DNA of 62,953 bases, filler included, from Chiloscyllium plagiosum (taxonomy: Eukaryota): assembly GCF_004010195.1 (NCBI RefSeq). It is 3 parts of one record of this genome, joined end to end, with 100 filler letters (N's around TTAATTAATTAA, not from the genome) between each part and the next. Parts side by side here need not be neighbours in the genome. Positions count along the whole stretch, not along the records: positions 56,550 to 62,953 come from NC_057710.1; 2 more parts are not named here. One strand, 5' to 3'. How positions within the stretch are numbered: position 1 is the first letter of the stretch; each line of letters starts with the position of its first letter. Shown here in pieces: positions 61,727-62,953 of the stretch. Both the position numbers and the translations under genes were made by a program. Under the pieces are notes generated by a model. The model was not told where the DNA came from. It worked only from the letters and a program-made list of their open reading frames with translations, and made no database searches.

Positions 61727-62953
61727 TAGAACATAGAACAATACAGCACAGAACAGGCCCTTCGGCCCACGATGTTGTGCCGAACATTTGTCCTAGCATA
61801 AGCACCCATCCATGTACCTATCCAATTGCCACTTAAAGGTCACCAAAGATTCTGACTCTACCACTCCCACAGGCAGCGCATTCCATGCCCCCACCACTCT
61901 CTGGGTAAAGAACCCACCCCTGCCATCTCCCCTATACCTTCCACCCTTCACCTTAAATTTATGTCCCCTTGTAACACTCGGTTGTACCCGGGGAAAAAGT
62001 GTCTGATTGTCTACTCTATCTATTCCCCTGATCATCTTATAAACCTCTATCAAATCACCCCTCATCCTTCGCCGTTCCAACGAGAAAAGGCCGAGAACTC
62101 TCAACCTATCCTCGTACGACTTCCTCTCCATCCCAGGCAACATCCTGGTAAATCTCCTCTGCACCCCCTCCAAAGCTTCCACATCTTTCCTAAAGTGAGG
62201 CGACCAGAACTGCACACAGTACTCCAACTGTGGCCTAACCAAAGTCCTGTACAGCTGCAACATCACTTCACAACTCTTGAATTCAATCCCTCTGCTAATG
62301 AACGATAATACTCCATAGGCCTTCTTACAAACTCTATCCACCTGAGTGGCAACCTTCAAAGATCTATGTACATAGACCCCAAGATCCCTCTGTTCCTCCA
62401 CCTGACTAAGAACCCTACCATTAACCCTGTATTCCGCATTCTTATTTGTTCTTCCAAAATGGACAACCTCACACTTGGCAGGGTTGAACCCCATCTGCCA
62501 CTCCTCAGCCCAGCTCTGCATCATATCTAAGTCCCTCTGCAGCCGACAACAGCCCTCCTCACTGTCCACAACTCCACCTATCTTCGTATCATCTGCAAAT
62601 TTACTGACCCACCCTTCGACTCCCTCATCTAAGTCATTAATAAAAATTACAAACAGCAGAGGACCCAGAACTGATCCCTGCGGAACTCCACTTGTAACTG
62701 GGCTCCAGGCTGAATATTTACCATCTACCACCACTCTCTGCCTTCGACCGGTTAGCCAGTTTTCTATCCAATTGGCCAAATTTCCCTCTATCCATGCCTC
62801 CTGACTTTCCGCATAAGCCTACCATGGGGAACCTTATCAAATGCCTTACTAAAATCCAAGTATACTACATCCACTGCTCTACCCTCATCCACATGCTTGG
62901 TCACCTCCTCGAAGAATTCAATAAGACTTGTAAGGCAAGACCTACCCTCCACA
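61727..62953 (-). mobile_element. Young CR1 LINE running off the window end
   Basis: (agaacat) tail, long intact RT frame, DFSKAFDKVPHGRL upstream of a 1-nt frameshift near 62790. Confidence 0.95.
61793..62779 (-). CDS. CR1 ORF2 reverse transcriptase C-terminal part (328 aa open, transposon-encoded)
   Basis: [55 protein letters not shown]. Confidence 0.9.
   Translation of the reverse strand: MANWIENWLTGRRQRVVVDGKYSAWSPVTSGVPQGSVLGPLLFVIFINDLDEGVEGWVSKFADDTKIGGVVDSEEGCCRLQRDLDMMQSWAEEWQMGFNPAKCEVVHFGRTNKNAEYRVNGRVLSQVEEQRDLGVYVHRSLKVATQVDRVCKKAYGVLSFISRGIEFKSCEVMLQLYRTLVRPQLEYCVQFWSPHFRKDVEALEGVQRRFTRMLPGMERKSYEDRLRVLGLFSLERRRMRGDLIEVYKMIRGIDRVDNQTLFPRVQPSVTRGHKFKVKGGRYRGDGRGGFFTQRVVGAWNALPVGVVESESLVTFKWQLDRYMDGCLC

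Overview
Repeat-dense vertebrate genomic scaffold, most likely from a shark (inferred from HE1-type V-SINEs, HER1/CR1 LINEs and DeuSINE-like elements). The window is almost gene-free. Most ORFs in the track are fragments of CR1, Rex1/Babar, Penelope-like (PLE) or SINE repeats, or are noise. The only convincing host coding sequence is a 70-nt first exon of a GPR139-like GPCR (57921-57990, +), whose second exon is not visible. The most notable hidden structure is a set of minimal type I hammerhead ribozymes from two distinct PLE-derived families (core CUGANGA-A-stemII-GAAA, with palindromic ACGU or AGCU stem III). Some sit as back-to-back pairs inside short palindromic elements bounded by target-site duplications, and one lies on the sense strand of the GPCR intron. 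Also present are a decayed Gypsy integrase, a TA-flanked MITE, a 221-bp promoter-like tandem monomer, a ~300-bp hairpin, and two synthetic N44-TTAATTAATTAA-N44 contig joins. Family assignments come from recognising motifs by eye, not from database searches, and repeat boundaries are approximate.
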